From assembly GCF_009914755.1 (NCBI RefSeq), contig NC_060930.1: a stretch of 64,000 nucleotides of DNA; one strand, written 5' to 3'. Below the pieces are notes generated by a model. The model worked only from the letters and a program-made list of their open reading frames with translations. It was not told the DNA's origin and did not search any database. This stretch comes from the human T2T-CHM13v2.0 reference genome, Homo sapiens. Below are positions 60,250 to 64,000 of the stretch, piece after piece. Position 1 is the stretch's first letter, and every line of letters begins with the position of its first letter. The position numbers were made by a program, and so were the translations under genes.

Positions 60250-60994
60250 TCAGAGACCCTTTCCCTTCTTAAAGATGAATATATTAATTAACTCTAAAGC
60301 CAGGGTTGCTGGCCCTCATCTGTCTTAATGGGACACTTCCTCCCTTGTCGTGAACAACAGTAAACAGGTCTTGAAGAAGCTCCATGTCTGAAACAAGGAG
60401 TTCCACGGTCATTTATGGTTGCTTCACTAATTAGAAGTCTTTTTTAATGAGGAGAAACATTTTCATTTCTCGAAGGGCTTTGTTGCTTTGGGTGGGCCAG
60501 AAGGTGTGGTTGGTGGGAGGTGTGGAATGAGACTGAAGGTGGGGTTGAGGCCATAGATGCTGAGACTGGACCTTACCCTCAGGACAGTGGAGGCCTGGCA
60601 GGTGGGCCCGAGCAGAGGAGGGCAGTGCCTCTCCTTGGCACCTTTTCCATCCCAGCTGCACCTGCCCTCACAGCTGGTTGAAGGAGGACAGAGAATGTGG
60701 TCTCATTAACTCACTTGGTGATGGCTTTGTGGTTCTTACTGCAAACTACAGGTAAATCTGCCAGTTGGAGGAACTCTGATGTACACAGTGAGCTGCTTGA
60801 AGAAAATTTTCTTTGCACTCACCTTTGGAAAGTATTCTTTCCTTTAGTGTAAGGTTCCTGGATTTAAAAAAAAAATGGTTTGCACATCTTTAAAGCCTAC
60901 CTCACTGTTTTAGAAGAAAAGTTTCTTAAGATCGGAAGACAATGACATTGAGACCAAGAAGAAAATTATGGTCCCCTGTTGATGTTCCAAGAGG

Positions 60995-61086
60995 GTGTGT
61001 GTGTGTGTGTGTGTGTGCGTGCGCGTGCATGTTGGGGGGTGGGGTTGTGGTGTGTGTGTGTGTGCGCGCGCGCGTGTGTGTGTGTG
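60995..61086. repeat. Compound (GT)n/(GC)n microsatellite
   Basis: Two alternating purine-pyrimidine tracts flanking a G-rich spacer. Confidence 0.95.
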
Positions 61087-61694
61087 AGATTCTGATGTAG
61101 TGGAGCTGAAGGAAAGATACTGAGCAGAGGCCCGGGGGCATTCCCAGCCCTATTCTCCACCTTCCACCCTTGTTAGCCAAGTGGGTTTTCAAGCTCTTGG
61201 TGAGTGCTCATATTAACCAGCACTTCTTAGCTTGCCCAGGATGAGGGGGATCTCCTGTGAAACTAATCGTTCTCCTGGGCTCTTGAGGCTACTTGTGCTG
61301 CCACGCATATCACTTCTATGGGCCATTTTCATTTAAAACCCATGGTGGCTGCTGGCCAACGCAGACCCTTGTCTCCTGAGATGAGTGGTTGGGCCTGCCC
61401 AGCAGCCCTCCCTGCAGCCACCTTCTGATGGTCCTGGAAAGCAAGTAGGAAGGCCTTTGGCTTTCAGAGCCTCTCAGTCTAATGCATTCCCATTTTGCAC
61501 CACCAGCAACCTCATATGTGATAGAGACAGATGAGCGCCGCTGTACAACGCTGCGTGGTCCAAGCCACATCCCTCCCTTGGTCAGGAGATTCACTGTGGG
61601 TCACTGACTGTGATGAGACTACTTAGCATCCCAGGAAAGTCAGTCTCATTGCTAAATGGGACCCTTTGTGTAGTAAATGTTGGAGTCAATTAGA

Positions 61695-62310
61695 AGTTCT
61701 ACTCAGGCCAAGATAGAGTCACAAGGACTGGATTTACCTTCCCATCTTAAACAACTAAAAACTAGGCAAAATAAGTGCAACAAGGGTTTTCAGACATTGG
61801 ACATAGAGTAGTCCAGGACGGTGGTCGCTGAGAGGGACAGCAATGGAGGTGAGCCCTGCGGCTTCCCCCGCTCACTTCCCCGGGGGGCTTCCTAGGCCAC
61901 AGCACGGGGAGGGGACCCCACACAAAGCCCAGGAGTCTCTCAATTCACAAGACAGAGATAGGAATCTGGGACGCGGAAGCATCTGTAATTCTCAAGGCAG
62001 AGTGCCAGACAGGCAAGAGCTGCCCAGAGAGAGGGCTCTGGATTTCCGGAGAGGATCCCCTGGTCCTCGGCTGGGCACTGATCGATATATGGGTGAGCAT
62101 AGGGGCTCACGTGGCAACTGCGGAAAAAACTCCAGAAAGGACAGGCAGAAAAATCTCTGAGCTCATGTGCATCAGGGAATAGTTTGTGCTCCCAGCAGCC
62201 GCGGGAGGATGAACTTTGGGTATGATACTCAGAAGGGTATTACTTCAATGGTGGCGAACAAACAGCCCTGGACTGAAAGCTGCTAACAGCTTAAAAAGCA
62301 AGTCTACAAG
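61695..62310 (+). mobile_element. Old L1 5' end (L1MDa/L1MCa-type)
   Basis: ggccaagatagagtcacaaggactggatttacc...aaacaactaaaaact...ttttcagacattggaca. Confidence 0.65.
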
Positions 62311-63355
62311 TCTTCTTGGAGAAGTGATTGATTCTAGGACTGGGCCAGGAAATATATAAGCCAATAGTTAATGCAGTAATAATATAATACAAATATCTCA
62401 TAATGCCAGAAAATAAGAAAGTGCTCCAAAAAGGCCACAATATTGGGGAATGGGGGAATGTCAAAGGGGAACAGGAGCCAACTGAAAGAGTTCCAACAGC
62501 CAGACTGGAACACGTAAGAAGCAAAATAAACAATAGAGTGCTGGATTATAACACAAAGTATAAAATAAAAATCCATCCGATTATACCAATATAAATGAAT
62601 GCGGGATGGATGAATGAATGAATGAATGAATGAATGAATGAAGAGAGAAATCTCCCATGCACAGGAATTCCAAGTAATTCATACTCTTCCCCCAACAAGA
62701 TGGAACATAACTCCCCACGCTTTAGTGTGGGCTGTACATAAAGGCTTCCTTCCAGAGAGAACGGGTTGGAAAGGGAGGAAAGAAAGTAACTTCACAGTGG
62801 AGGAAGCTGACGACCACTGCTTCCACCACGTGACCAAGGCCAACGTCAAGAGTGAAGCCAGGCTGACAGTATGTCCCCTAGCTCTGGTGTGATGAGAATG
62901 GTACTCAACCTCTGCGATCTTCCACAAAAAAGAATCCCATAACCCCGGTCTAATCACAAGGGGAAAAAATAAGACACATGTCAATAGAGGGCCATTATGC
63001 AACATTCCTGACCAATGCTCCTCAAAATAGTCAATGCCACCCAAACCAAGGGAAGTCTGAGAAGGTGTCACAGCCAAGAGAGGCTGAGGAGGCATGACAA
63101 CTAAATGCAGTGTGGGATCCTGGACAGGAAGAGGACAGCAGGGGAAAAGTGAGGGAATCTGAATAAAGCATGGATGCTGGTGAAAATAATGTAGTGACGT
63201 TGGTTCACTCCTTCTGACTAACATACTCGTGTACCAGGCTAATGTGTGATGTTAATATCAGGGGAACCTCAGTGGGGGAAATATGGGGACTCTGCAGTAT
63301 CTTTCCAATTTTTCTGTAAATCTAAAGCTTCTAAAATAAAAAGTTTATTAAAAAG
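62311..63355 (+). mobile_element. L1MD-type 3'UTR
   Basis: caggagccaactgaaagag; cataactccccac; gtctgagaaggtgtcacagccaagag; terminus tttttctgtaaatctaaagcttctaaaataaaaagtttatt. Confidence 0.8.
62610..62642. repeat. (ATGA)n tetranucleotide microsatellite
   Basis: atgaatgaatgaatg... Confidence 0.95.
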
Positions 63356-64000
63356 TAATTATATAAACTTAATTACATAATTAAAACAAAGGCAATAAAT
63401 ATTTTTTAAAGCGTTCACTTTACCAGATTATTTTAAATATTAAAAAAATACCAAGATGAAACAAAATACACAGCACAGCTGAAGTAGCTACCTCCCCCTT
63501 ATTCTTTACCTCCTTCTCCTTTCCATCCTCACTATGACAGCCCTTCCTAATATCACAAGTGATGTTAGTGGCTCCATAGAGTAACATAATGAATTTAGAT
63601 TGAAAAACCTGAGTTACTTCATTACAAAAATAAATCAGGCCACTCAGTGCCTTCAGCTTGAGCTATCCCTTGAGATAAGCAGTCAGCCTGTCCAGGACCC
63701 TTCTGGTTTCCAGGCCTCCCAGTCTCTTGCGAGTGGCAAGTGTCCATGAGGGAGTGGGTAGGTCTGGGTACCTGGCATGGACCTCCATGGCTTCTGCACC
63801 CACCTTTTAGAACCACCGTTTCCCCTACTGTTCACCTGCTGTTCACTTTCCATCTCCTCAGCAACTCGGAAATGTAGACAGTTCCTGTTTCTCATGTGAG
63901 ACACACAGGGCTAGGAGAAGCGAATTCACTCCCCTACTTACAAAGCTGGAAAGCGGCAGAGCCAAGCTTCCAGCTAAGGCACGTCTGATCATAAAGCCTG

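Noticed and set aside
62679-63224. 181-aa minus-strand ORF
   Set aside because: Antisense to an old L1 3'UTR; no protein similarity recognised.

Overview
Primate (human-like, catarrhine) nuclear DNA, intronic or intergenic and dense in transposable elements. I found no recognisable host protein-coding exon, RNA gene or CRISPR array. Apart from the L1-derived frames, the ORF track is Alu-derived or chance. The dominant feature is a full-length, inactivated L1PA4-like LINE-1 on the minus strand (~37521-43652). It has target-site duplications (TSDs), disrupted ORF1 and ORF2, the ZNF93-binding 5'UTR segment and an extended antisense ORF0. The rest comprises ~9 Alus, older L1/HAL1/L2/MIR fragments, five MaLR solo LTRs (all minus strand), Tigger2a, MER1B, MER5 and microsatellites. 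The most unusual item is an AluY (1551-2066) interrupted 13 nt from its poly(A) by a 232-bp inverted copy of unique DNA from ~1 kb upstream (329-560), i.e. a locally templated insertion. Other leads are a 21-nt frame-preserving microexon candidate (17111-17131), an orphan 21-bp exact direct repeat and an L1MD reduced to fused 5' and 3' ends. Repeat subfamily calls come from remembered consensus sequences and need RepeatMasker/Dfam confirmation; boundaries of old repeats are approximate. I could not identify the host gene, and I do not claim a new biological system.
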